A DNA stretch of 64,000 nucleotides from Desulfobacteraceae bacterium (lineage in GTDB: Bacteria > Desulfobacterota > Syntrophobacteria > Syntrophobacterales > Syntrophobacteraceae): contig JAJFVB010000240.1 of assembly GCA_021372055.1 (NCBI GenBank), positions 505-64,504 of the forward strand, given 5' to 3'. Shown piece after piece: positions 38,392 to 46,950 of this stretch; position 1 is the first letter of the stretch, and each line of letters opens with the position of its first letter. The notes under the pieces are model-generated. The model was not told the origin of the DNA. It saw only the letters and a program-made list of their open reading frames with translations, and ran no database searches. The translations under genes and the position numbers were made by a program.

Positions 38392-38454
38392 GGGCCGCAA
38401 CGCACTTCCCGTTAATTGTTGTTGCCCGCTCAAGGGCCTGATAATAGAATTAAT

Positions 38455-38655
38455 GCCAATAAGCGTTCAAGACGATACCAAGCTTTAAGACCGTGGGGAG
38501 CCTGCTCCCCACGACCCACACGCAGCTGCGCTGCTTATTTTGGCGCCCGGCCTGACGCGCGTGCGCGTAAGGCTGCGACAGAAATCCCGAGGGGGCGCGG
38601 GGAAATCATTTTCCCCGCTCTTTTCCAGTTCTTTTTTGAACGCAATTTGGCATAA
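38455..38655 (+). repeat. Full-length copy A of the ~190-200 nt MITE/REP-like intergenic element
   Basis: Near-identical to the copies at 39338-39505 and 54666-54873. Terminal inverted repeat gcgttcaa (38463-38470) / ttgaacgc (38636-38643). Internal hairpins at 38493-38512 (gtggggagcctgctccccac) and 38597-38618 (gcggggaaatcattttccccgc), the latter followed by a T-rich run. Confidence 0.85.
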
Positions 38656-38689
38656 GACTCGTCACTTTGCCTGGAGGCTAGTTTTTCCT

Positions 38690-39289
38690 ATGAGACTCGC
38701 GTGCTCGCTTCTGATGCTGTTGCTGCTGGCTGGAGGGTGCAGTACGTCCGTGGATTTTCAGACTGCGGGAGTAGCAACGGAATTCAAATCGCCCGAGGGG
38801 GATGCCCTCTACCAGATCGGGACGGGCGACGTGCTCGAGATCACGGTCTACGGGGAGGAATCGCTCAACCGGACGGGACTCGTGGTGAGGCCGGACGGTA
38901 AGATTTCATTTCCCCTGGTCGGAGACATAGAAGTGGGAGGACTCACGACGACTCAGGCCAAGGACTCTCTGGAAAAGCAACTGCGGGAATATATTCCGGG
39001 AGCGGTGGCCGCCGTCAGCGTCGTCCAGCTGGGCAGCCTCCAGTATTATGTCGTCGGGAAAGTGAACAAGCCCGGCATGTATAACGTCTCCAAGCCCCTG
39101 ACCGTCCTTCAGGCACTGGCCATGGCGGGAGGACTGACGCCCTTTGCCGACGAGAGCAAAATCATCATCATGCGCAATTACGGAAGCGAGACGGCCCGAC
39201 TTCCCTTCAACTACAAGAAGATCAAACGAGGTCTCAACGTAGAGGAAAACATCCTCCTCAAACGGGGCGACGTCGTTGTCGTGCCCTGA
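38690..39289 (+). CDS. Polysaccharide export lipoprotein (Wza/Poly_export-like, short PEP-CTERM-locus type)
   Basis: Lipobox LLLAGGC. YQIGTGDVLEITVYGE...VRPDGKISFPLVGDIEVGGLT Poly_export motif plus an SLBB-like end. The internal ATG 38690 follows GGAGG; upstream ORF codons lie in repeat A. Confidence 0.85.
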   Translation: MRLACSLLMLLLLAGGCSTSVDFQTAGVATEFKSPEGDALYQIGTGDVLEITVYGEESLNRTGLVVRPDGKISFPLVGDIEVGGLTTTQAKDSLEKQLREYIPGAVAAVSVVQLGSLQYYVVGKVNKPGMYNVSKPLTVLQALAMAGGLTPFADESKIIIMRNYGSETARLPFNYKKIKRGLNVEENILLKRGDVVVVP

Positions 39290-39337
39290 GCTTTAGCACC
39301 CCGCTGCGCTCAAGATTGCGTAAAAAACCCATGACTA

Positions 39338-39505
39338 AAACGTGGGGAGCCCGCTCCCCACACCCCACACGCAGCTGCGCTGCTCATTTCGGCGCTTGCG
39401 GCGGGCCTGACGCGCGCATGCGTAAGGCTGCGACAGAAATCCCGAGGGCGCGCGGGGGAAATCATTTCCCCCGCTCTTTTCCGTTCTTTCTTGAACGCAA
39501 TTTCG
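39338..39505 (+). repeat. Copy B of the intergenic element, between convergent gene ends
   Basis: Same core as A and C. Hairpins at 39342-39361 and 39452-39474 (gcgggggaaatcatttcccccgc, then tcttttcc). Right end is cttgaacgcaatttcgtata; the left end is rearranged. Confidence 0.85.
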
Positions 39506-39517
39506 TATAAGCCGGTA

Positions 39518-41899
39518 TCAGCCCGCCTGCCATTGTTTCTTCAGATCCGCCGCTTTCTGCGCGGACTCGCCGTCCAGTTTCTGCAGCATAACCTTGTCCA
39601 GATAACCGAGGGCCTCTTCCCCACGGCCCAGTTCCTTCAAAATCATGGCTGCGTGAAGGTTGTGAACGCTCGCTTCCGGTGAGATCAGCAGGGCTGTGTG
39701 CAAGGTATCCCACGCCGATTCGAAATCTCCCTGCCTGAAGTATATCCACGCCATCGTATCGAGGTAGCTGGGGTTATCCGGTTGCATTTCGAGGGCCCGG
39801 TGCGCCAGCTCGCTTGCCTTGGCCAGATTGGCTTTAGACGCCAGGTGTTCCGCGTAGAGGTAGGCGAGATTGTTGATGATAACCGGCGAAGGACTGCCCT
39901 TTTCCAAAAGAGCGCCGTAATAACGCGCCGCTTCTTCGAATTTCCCGCCGATTTCCTGATAAATGGCCAGTTGCAGACAAAGCGGGATGGAGGTCGGATT
40001 CTGGCGATGCTTGGCTTCGACGGCGGATAGCGCTTCCGGCAACTTGCGATTCCTCATGTAGATCTCTGCAAGCCGCCTGTAAGGATCGGGCCACACCGGC
40101 GCAAGTTCCACGGCCTTGAGGAAGGATTTTTCGGCGTCGTCGAATTTCCCGACGGCAAGCTGAAGCTGTCCGCGAAGGAACTGAGGCAAAGCGGCATCGG
40201 AGTGCTTCGAGGCCTCTTCTTCCACTACCGCCAGGGCTGCGGCGGAATCCCCTTTGAGCAAATGAGCGCGGGCAAGGGCCGGCAGCGCTTCGGGCCATCC
40301 GTTGGGAAGCGCCTGGATTTTCCTGTAATACCCTATTGCGTCATCGTAGCGCGATCCCGCGAGCATCAGATTGCCCATTTCGGCATAACCGGCGCTGAGC
40401 TCGGGATTGATCTCTATCATCCTGAGGAAATCCTTCTCGGCTTTTGCGAAGTTATTCCTCGAGGCCTCGATTCCGCCCCTCACCCTCAGCAGCACCAGGC
40501 TCTTGGGCTTCCGTTCCAAGCCTTTATCCAGCAGGCGCAGAGCCTGTTCGAAGTCCTTTCTGTCGATGTAGTGGCGAACCACCGCGATGCGCAACCGCTC
40601 GCTGTCCGGATTGGCTTCGAGACCTTTTTTCAGCGTATCGCCCGCAACGGAGTCCTTCTTGTTGAACAACTGGCAGCGAGCGAGCAGGATGTTAACCTCT
40701 TCGTCGCCCGGACGGGCCAGAACCACCTGATTCAGGTGTATCTCGGCCTCCTGAGAGTTCCGGGTGCTCAGAAGGACTTTGCCCAGCAGGAAATGAGCCT
40801 CGACATTCCCCTGGTTTTCCCCCAGCACCGTCGTGCAGATTTTCTTCGCCTCTTCAAACTTGCCGCCCGCACCCAGGATATTTGCCTTCAGCAGGAGCAC
40901 GGCTTCCCGCTCGGATTTTTTGAGGTCCTTTTTCAGCATCTTTTCCAGATGATCCAGCGCATTCGCCGGATCATTCTGTTTGAGATAGGATTGCGTCATT
41001 TTGATGTTCGCAGAGAGTTCGTCGGGCGAAAGCGCCAGAATCTTCTTCAGAATGGCACGAACCTTTTCCCAGTCGCCCCGCCTGCTCCAGTATTCGGCGC
41101 GCAGATTGAGCGTCTCCGGGGTCTCCGACAACTTTTCGTATGCCGCCTGGGCAGCTTCGACCAAGCCGATTTTCTCGAGCGTCTGGGCTTGGAGCATCGC
41201 GATTTTCACCTCACCGGGATTCGCATCGGCCATCTTTTGCAGCTCCCGGGCCGCGGGCTCCTTATCGCCATTATCCGCATGGAATTGGACGAGGAAAAGA
41301 TACGAGCCGGGATCTTTCGGCTCCAGTTCCCGCCACTTGCCCGCGGACGCCATCATCATGTCCAGTTTTCCGACCGCCCTATAGGCAATCGCCAGAAACA
41401 TCTGGATGTTCTTGTCCTTTTCGCCGTTCTCCGATTTTGAGAGCAGATCGACGATTTCCTGGTATCGCTCCAAGTTTAGGAGCGCCCTGGCCTTTATCAG
41501 ATCGACGTTGGGCTGAAAACCGTCCGGATTGTTGACCGTGGCGACGAGATCCAAAGCCGGCTGGCTCTGGTTTGAAACCGAATAAAGCCAGGCCAGTTGG
41601 ACCTTTGCTTCGTCAACGTTCGGGTCCAGTTCCAAGACATTGCGAAGTGTGGATGCCGCCTTCTGGAAATCCCCCTGGACCAGAAGCGCGCGCGCCATGC
41701 CCATATTGGCGGCAACGCTCTTGTGATCGATTTGAATGGCGTTCTTGTATTCGAGGAGAGCGCGAACCGCATCCCCTTCCTTCAGCAGTTTATCCCCCTT
41801 CTCGACAAATCCCGTAACCTTCTGTTCCTTGTTGCTGCAGGCAAAAAGGCCGAATACAATCACAAAGGAGACAACGACAACCTTAGCCCATCTATTCAT
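39518..41899 (-). CDS. TPR-repeat lipoprotein, PEP-CTERM-system type (PrsT-like)
   Basis: ATG 41899 gives MNRWAKVVVVSFVIVFGLFAC (lipobox). About 790 aa of consecutive TPR motifs follow. The start overlaps the upstream stop (ATGAATAG). Confidence 0.85.
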   Translation of the reverse strand: MNRWAKVVVVSFVIVFGLFACSNKEQKVTGFVEKGDKLLKEGDAVRALLEYKNAIQIDHKSVAANMGMARALLVQGDFQKAASTLRNVLELDPNVDEAKVQLAWLYSVSNQSQPALDLVATVNNPDGFQPNVDLIKARALLNLERYQEIVDLLSKSENGEKDKNIQMFLAIAYRAVGKLDMMMASAGKWRELEPKDPGSYLFLVQFHADNGDKEPAARELQKMADANPGEVKIAMLQAQTLEKIGLVEAAQAAYEKLSETPETLNLRAEYWSRRGDWEKVRAILKKILALSPDELSANIKMTQSYLKQNDPANALDHLEKMLKKDLKKSEREAVLLLKANILGAGGKFEEAKKICTTVLGENQGNVEAHFLLGKVLLSTRNSQEAEIHLNQVVLARPGDEEVNILLARCQLFNKKDSVAGDTLKKGLEANPDSERLRIAVVRHYIDRKDFEQALRLLDKGLERKPKSLVLLRVRGGIEASRNNFAKAEKDFLRMIEINPELSAGYAEMGNLMLAGSRYDDAIGYYRKIQALPNGWPEALPALARAHLLKGDSAAALAVVEEEASKHSDAALPQFLRGQLQLAVGKFDDAEKSFLKAVELAPVWPDPYRRLAEIYMRNRKLPEALSAVEAKHRQNPTSIPLCLQLAIYQEIGGKFEEAARYYGALLEKGSPSPVIINNLAYLYAEHLASKANLAKASELAHRALEMQPDNPSYLDTMAWIYFRQGDFESAWDTLHTALLISPEASVHNLHAAMILKELGRGEEALGYLDKVMLQKLDGESAQKAADLKKQWQAG

Positions 41900-43067
41900 C
41901 TGTCCCTCGAATCCTGCGGTGAGAAGCGGGTTCGATCCTGGTGATCTTATCGAGAAGCGCTCTGAGGTTTTCGAATTCCGTTTCGAGTTCTCTGTTCCTT
42001 TGCGACATGGCCGCGAGTTTCCGGCTGAGATTTTCCGAACGCTCCTTTTCCTGTTCCAGCTTCGCCCGCAGCAATTCGATTTCTTTCGATTCTCCGGACT
42101 GCTCGGTCCTCGCCATCCGCTTTTCAAGTTCCTGGAGCCTCGAATCCACGGACGAGAACCAGAGTTGCAAATCCTGGGACATCCCCTGGGATTCCGCCCG
42201 GTGCAGGTGCCCATCGTCCGCCCCCCGCCCCGCCGGCCCGCGGTTGAATTCAACCGAAAGCAGAGGATGGTCCGCAACGACCTTCTCGATGATATCCTTG
42301 CCTATCTGCTTGAGATCGTCCGCAAAAGCATACGTCAGAGCGGACTCGCAGATCGTGTTGATCACCCTGGGCACCCCTTTGGAAATCTCCGCTATGACCT
42401 TGAGCCCGTCCGGGGTAAACAGAGGCTCGGGCCGGTCATAACCGGCGACCTTGAGACGGTGCTCCACGTACTTTGAGACTTCTTCGGCTTCCAGGGGCGG
42501 AAGGTGGTAATAGACGGAAATGCGCTGCGTCAGTTGAGCCAGATTCGGATCGGACAGCCGGTCTCGAAGCTGATGTTGGCCCACCAGGATGATTTGAACC
42601 AGGAAGTCGTTATCCGCCTCCAGGTTGGAAAGCATCCGAAGCTCCTCGCACGCTTCGAGGGACAGGTTCTGCGCTTCGTCGATGACGATAAGGCTCCGCT
42701 TGCCCCCCGAATACTGCCGGATAAAGTGCGTGTGGAGCAACCCGAGGATTTCCGCTTTCCCGGTCGTAGGGGAAAGGGGCAGCTCAAACTCCCGGGCTAT
42801 CATCTCCAACAGCGACAGCGAATCGAGCTGCGTGTTGAAGATCATCGCGATGTCCTGAGACTTGCTGACCCGGTCGAAAAGATATTTCAGCAGGGTGGTC
42901 TTGCCGACGCCTATCTCTCCGGTGAGGGCGATAAACCCCGCATTATGGATCAGCCCGTATTCCAGATGCGTCAGCGCCATATCCAGCGCGCTGCTGAAGT
43001 AGAGAAAGTTCGGATCGGGCGTCAGAATAAACGGTCTTTTCTTTAAGCCGAAGAATTTCGTATACAT
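41892..43067 (-). CDS. ExeA/GspA-like AAA ATPase, PEP-CTERM-locus type, with C-terminal coiled coil
   Basis: MYTKFFGLKKRPFILTPDPNFLYFS start. Walker A GEIGVGKTT. Walker B LIVIDEAQNL. Heptad-rich tail (LQELEKRMARTEQ...). GAGGAAGA RBS. Confidence 0.85.
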   Translation of the reverse strand: MYTKFFGLKKRPFILTPDPNFLYFSSALDMALTHLEYGLIHNAGFIALTGEIGVGKTTLLKYLFDRVSKSQDIAMIFNTQLDSLSLLEMIAREFELPLSPTTGKAEILGLLHTHFIRQYSGGKRSLIVIDEAQNLSLEACEELRMLSNLEADNDFLVQIILVGQHQLRDRLSDPNLAQLTQRISVYYHLPPLEAEEVSKYVEHRLKVAGYDRPEPLFTPDGLKVIAEISKGVPRVINTICESALTYAFADDLKQIGKDIIEKVVADHPLLSVEFNRGPAGRGADDGHLHRAESQGMSQDLQLWFSSVDSRLQELEKRMARTEQSGESKEIELLRAKLEQEKERSENLSRKLAAMSQRNRELETEFENLRALLDKITRIEPASHRRIRGTDE

Positions 43068-43142
43068 TCTTCCTCACAGCCGCAGTGTAAACGTGTGAAC
43101 GCATTCGCCTCGCCTGCACGGTTCGCACAGGCCCCGGAGCCG

Positions 43143-44804
43143 TTAATCGCATTCATCGGGCTCGACATTGTTCAGCACCATGCCGAAAATCTTTTCCTTC
43201 GGCAGAAGGTTCATGGCTGCCCTGATGCTACTTTGGGGAGTCCGGTGCGCTCTTGCGACGAGCACCAGTCCGTCCACGTACTCGGAAATGACGAGCGGGT
43301 CGGGGCACTCGCTGATTCCGGGAGTATCAAAGATCACATAGCGATCGTCGTATCGCTCCTTCAATTCGCGCACCAGGCTCTCCATCTTGGGCGAGCCGAG
43401 CAGTTCCGTCGGATTCGTGATGGTGCCTCCCGCAAGCAGCACCGTGAGCTTCCTTATGCCGGGCGAGATAAAAATCTCCTCCAAAGGCACCCCGTCTATC
43501 AGATGCGAGCGAAGTCCGGGGCCATCATCGAGCCCGAGCAGTCTCGCAATCGAGGGCTTCCGGAAGTTGAGATCGACAAGGACCGTTGTCTGCCGCGCAT
43601 CCTTTGCGATGCTCAGTGCAAGATTCAAGGCGATAAGACTCGCACCGTCCCCGGGGCCGAAGCCCGAAATCTGAATCGTGTTGAGCCCCCTGTGCCGGGT
43701 ATACTGAAAAAGTTGCGTTCGGAGAAGCTTAAACTGCTCGTTTGCGGGACTGTCGTCCAATGCGGCAACGAGCTTGTTTTTCACGAATGTTTCCTCGGGA
43801 ATCCTGACCACGCGCGTCCGGGTGTAGCCTATGGCGTCCGCGGGCATGTCCGGCTTGGGCTCGGAAGCTCTATCCGGCTCAATTTCCCCGAGATGCTCTC
43901 CCAGTTCAATGGCCGCGGCGGCAAGGTCGATGGCTCGAAGATCATCAGGACCAGAACGGGAATCTCCAGCTATATCAAGGGCAGGCATTGCGTCCGCAGT
44001 TGCCGGTCCCCCGCGCGCCTCCGGGATTTCCTCAGACCCATGGCTTCCCTCGTCACAGGGTGGATTTATCGCGCGGATTTCGGCGCCGAATGTTTCGGCC
44101 GTATCAACGCGATCCAAAATAACACCGGCTACAGCCGTTTCTCCGCGCTCAGGGCAGACGTCCCGCTCTTCTTCGGCCGTCTTTTCGCCGGGCGCGCCCA
44201 TCGCATCCGCCCCGGCCTCACAAGCGGAATCCCGGCCGCTCGCCGCGTCGGTGATTTTCAATGCATCCAGGAGCTTGGCATGCCAATCCAGCGCTCTTTC
44301 CGCCGAATCCGCGGCATCTTCACCGGGACAATCCCTTGCACGCTCCGCGGGAGCGCCACCGGTTTCGAAAAGAGCACTCTGCAACTCCCTTTCAAGATCC
44401 AGGGCATCTTCCAGAGTCACATCCTTCAGATCCTGTTCGAGATCGAGAGTGACGTCCCGCAGCGCATCTTCCAGGTCCGCTTCCAGCGGGGTGGTATTCT
44501 CAACAACGGCAGCAGACTTCTCAGCGTCCAATCCGGAGGGAATTTCCGCAGGGCTTGCCGGCGGCGCGGTCTTTTCCGTGACGCCTTCCGGGTCCTTCGG
44601 GCTCGGCTCCCCGCTTCGAGAGAGCAGACCGTTTACCTGAGCATTTCTTAGCTCAAAGGTCTGATCGATCCGCCTGTGCAGGTATTTGAAAACGTCATCG
44701 ATTTCCCCGGCCTGCTCGTCCCCCGCCCTCTCCTCGGAACGTGTACCAAGAAGGATCGTCCTCTCCGCTTTTGCCTTCTCCAGAGCCTTTTTTAAATGAC
44801 TCAT
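43143..44804 (-). CDS. BY-kinase-like (MinD/ParA-fold) EPS protein with degenerate Walker A and a long acidic N-terminal region
   Basis: MSHLKKALEKAKAE start. C-terminal P-loop-NTPase fold has GFGPGDGAS where GxGEGKS/T is expected, VLVDLNFRKP where DxDxR is expected, and Walker B VIFDTPG. No Tyr cluster at the C-terminus (ends NNVEPDECD). Confidence 0.75.
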   Translation of the reverse strand: MSHLKKALEKAKAERTILLGTRSEERAGDEQAGEIDDVFKYLHRRIDQTFELRNAQVNGLLSRSGEPSPKDPEGVTEKTAPPASPAEIPSGLDAEKSAAVVENTTPLEADLEDALRDVTLDLEQDLKDVTLEDALDLERELQSALFETGGAPAERARDCPGEDAADSAERALDWHAKLLDALKITDAASGRDSACEAGADAMGAPGEKTAEEERDVCPERGETAVAGVILDRVDTAETFGAEIRAINPPCDEGSHGSEEIPEARGGPATADAMPALDIAGDSRSGPDDLRAIDLAAAAIELGEHLGEIEPDRASEPKPDMPADAIGYTRTRVVRIPEETFVKNKLVAALDDSPANEQFKLLRTQLFQYTRHRGLNTIQISGFGPGDGASLIALNLALSIAKDARQTTVLVDLNFRKPSIARLLGLDDGPGLRSHLIDGVPLEEIFISPGIRKLTVLLAGGTITNPTELLGSPKMESLVRELKERYDDRYVIFDTPGISECPDPLVISEYVDGLVLVARAHRTPQSSIRAAMNLLPKEKIFGMVLNNVEPDECD

Positions 44805-44837
44805 CAACTTCTCCCGGAAGCTCCGCCTCAATCAACG

Positions 44838-46583
44838 CTAAAAGAATCGCTGCAGCCGGCGCTCCACTTTTGCGAAAAGAACGTGCAGATCCATCACCCA
44901 GAAATGAAAGGCGACGATGATCAGGATGATCGCTACCATGGAACCCGCCACGAGGATCATCTTCTTCCTGCGCTTTCCGGCCAGCTCTTCGCGGGTAAGA
45001 ATGCTCGGGATGACGGTCCATACGCGAAGACCGGTAATTTGCTCCAAGCCCTCCACGTTCTGAATGCTATTGTCCATGAACTCGACAAGCGTCGCGCACC
45101 CCAGCGCAATCCCCAGCCCGGCGATAAAGCCTATGACAATGATAGCCATCCGGTTCGGTTTGACCGGCTTTTCGGGCAGAAACGGAGGCTCGACGACATG
45201 GAATGTTTCGCCAAGCTGCTCTTCTTCCATCCCCTGCGCCACCTGGGCCGATGAGAACTTTACCTGCAGATCCGTGAACTGGTTCTTGGCATTCTGGTAA
45301 TCCGTCATCAGCTCGTTGTATTCTTTGGACACCCGAGGCATGGAGCGGAGCTTGTCATAGACTTCGGCAACCATTTTCTCGAACCGCTGTATCTCGCCTC
45401 GCGCGGATTCAACGGAAATGTCGAGTTTTTCAAGATCGGTTTTGAGAGATACATAGATAGGGTTTGTCAGCCGTTCCTTTACCACCGCTTTTGGCTTTTG
45501 CGCCTTTTGCTGCCCGACCGGAAGGGCTTCAACCTCCTTCCTGACCCGCTCAACCTCAAGCACCTTGCTCTGGACCGCCGGGTGCTTGTCCGTATAGCGA
45601 CTCTTCAAGTCAGCCAGTTCGAGCTCCAGCGACCTTAGCTGATCGCGCAGCTTCGCCCCCCCCTGCTGGTCCCCTTTCCTTTCGAGTACGGTGATCTCCT
45701 GGTTCTTGGCCTGAACCGCAGGATGCTTCTTCGAATACTTGGACGTCAGTCCCGCAAGCTCCAGTTGCGCCTGCTGAATCCTGTCGTCATAGCTGAGGAC
45801 CCGCTCACTGGGCGACAAAGGGTCGAGAGACGACAACTTGCCCTTGATGACGGAGCGCTGCTCTTCCATCGAACGGACTTGCATATTGAGATTGGAGATG
45901 TCGGCATTGAGCTTATCAAGCTTTTGCATGTTCAGAGTGGTAAATTCCGGCAATTCTTCCAGATGCTGCTCGCGGTAATCTGCAAGTTTGGATTCAAGCT
46001 CGGACACTCTGACTTTTGCCTGCTGCATCTGCTCCTGGAGGAACTTGGAAGTTGTCCTCGCGTGCTTTTCTCTATCCTCCAGGTTTTTTTCCATATAATA
46101 AGATGTCAGCTCATTTGTGACCTTTTGTGCCTTGGACGGGCTCTCATCTTCATAGGAAAGTTTGAAAGCAATGGTCAGAAGAATGGGCTTGTTCTGACTT
46201 TCCTTTTTAATTTCAGCATCAATCGGCTGTACATTAATTCTTTTTTGTACCCGATCGACTACATCTTCCGTTGGAAGTACGTCCCGCTTATCGGGAAGAA
46301 GATTATATTTGGCTACCAGATTCAGAATTCTTGTCCTTGATGTCGCCTCCTGTGTCATCGACTGAATTCTCTGATCCGCGAAGCTTGTTACGGTGGAAGG
46401 AACGAGGTTGGGCGGAACGCGCGGATTCTCGATGAGAATGACCGCGGAGGAACGAAAGATTTCAGGCAATACGAAGGCCACCACCACGACAGGTATGAAA
46501 GTGAGGAAGAATGGAAAAATGAGCCACCATTTTTGCTTTTTTGCGATTTGCTTAATCTTTGCGAGCTCTAGGTTCTGCTCCAT
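44838..46583 (-). CDS. Polysaccharide chain-length determinant (Wzz/GumC-like, PEP-CTERM-locus type)
   Basis: N-terminal Wzz motif after TM (WWLIFPFFLTF...FRSSAVILIE). Long coiled-coil periplasmic region. C-terminal TM helices. ATG 46583 lies one codon inside the TTG-opened ORF. Confidence 0.85.
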   Translation of the reverse strand: MEQNLELAKIKQIAKKQKWWLIFPFFLTFIPVVVVAFVLPEIFRSSAVILIENPRVPPNLVPSTVTSFADQRIQSMTQEATSRTRILNLVAKYNLLPDKRDVLPTEDVVDRVQKRINVQPIDAEIKKESQNKPILLTIAFKLSYEDESPSKAQKVTNELTSYYMEKNLEDREKHARTTSKFLQEQMQQAKVRVSELESKLADYREQHLEELPEFTTLNMQKLDKLNADISNLNMQVRSMEEQRSVIKGKLSSLDPLSPSERVLSYDDRIQQAQLELAGLTSKYSKKHPAVQAKNQEITVLERKGDQQGGAKLRDQLRSLELELADLKSRYTDKHPAVQSKVLEVERVRKEVEALPVGQQKAQKPKAVVKERLTNPIYVSLKTDLEKLDISVESARGEIQRFEKMVAEVYDKLRSMPRVSKEYNELMTDYQNAKNQFTDLQVKFSSAQVAQGMEEEQLGETFHVVEPPFLPEKPVKPNRMAIIVIGFIAGLGIALGCATLVEFMDNSIQNVEGLEQITGLRVWTVIPSILTREELAGKRRKKMILVAGSMVAIILIIVAFHFWVMDLHVLFAKVERRLQRFF

Positions 46584-46670
46584 CAACGTCTCTCTGCATT
46601 ACCGGTCATGAAATCGCCTGCAATTCACGCATACTTACATTCGGCTTACAAACCGATTCGGTTTAAAATA

Positions 46671-46937
46671 TTATCGCGCCGCAAGGCCGCAAACGGCCAC
46701 TCCGGCAAGAGTCCAACGCCGAACCCGGGCGCTGCCTCCGGAATCGGATAACGGCCCGTCACCGCGCTCCCCCCGCCGCACGACAAAACCGAAGTATCCG
46801 AACCCACCCAAGAGGATACGATATCTGGTCTTCTCATTCATTGGAAAATGATAAAAGAATAGCCCCGCTAACGTCAACAGGCACCAGGCAAGGCGAACAG
46901 GCCATCCGATCAGGCGGGGTCCCTCCTGCGACCTCAT
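46671..46937 (-). CDS. Possible small membrane protein (3 hydrophobic segments)
   Basis: The ORF lies between the OMP and the chain-length determinant. MRSQEGPRLIGWPVRLAWCLLTLAGLFFYHF plus two further hydrophobic stretches. No homology recognised; may be non-coding. Confidence 0.3.
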   Translation of the reverse strand: MRSQEGPRLIGWPVRLAWCLLTLAGLFFYHFPMNEKTRYRILLGGFGYFGFVVRRGERGDGPLSDSGGSARVRRWTLAGVAVCGLAAR

Positions 46938-46950
46938 CAGATCTCCGCGA

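Noticed and set aside
38416-38655. Short ORFs giving a recurring peptide (RKAATEIPRGRGG..., also at 39316-39510 and 54670-54924)
   Set aside because: The similarity is at the DNA level across a repeat element. The indels that distinguish the copies are not confined to multiples of three, so the frame is not preserved along the whole element. There are no RBS, and the ORF boundaries differ between copies.
38455-39505. Could the repeats be a CRISPR array?
   Set aside because: The units are ~170-200 nt, not 25-40 nt. Two copies are separated by a whole gene and a third lies 15 kb away. There are no regular spacers, and no cas genes in the window.
41928-41938. tRNA T-arm-like gggttcgatcc
   Set aside because: It lies inside the ExeA-like ATPase coding sequence with no surrounding cloverleaf. 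No tRNA or rRNA genes were recognised anywhere in the window.
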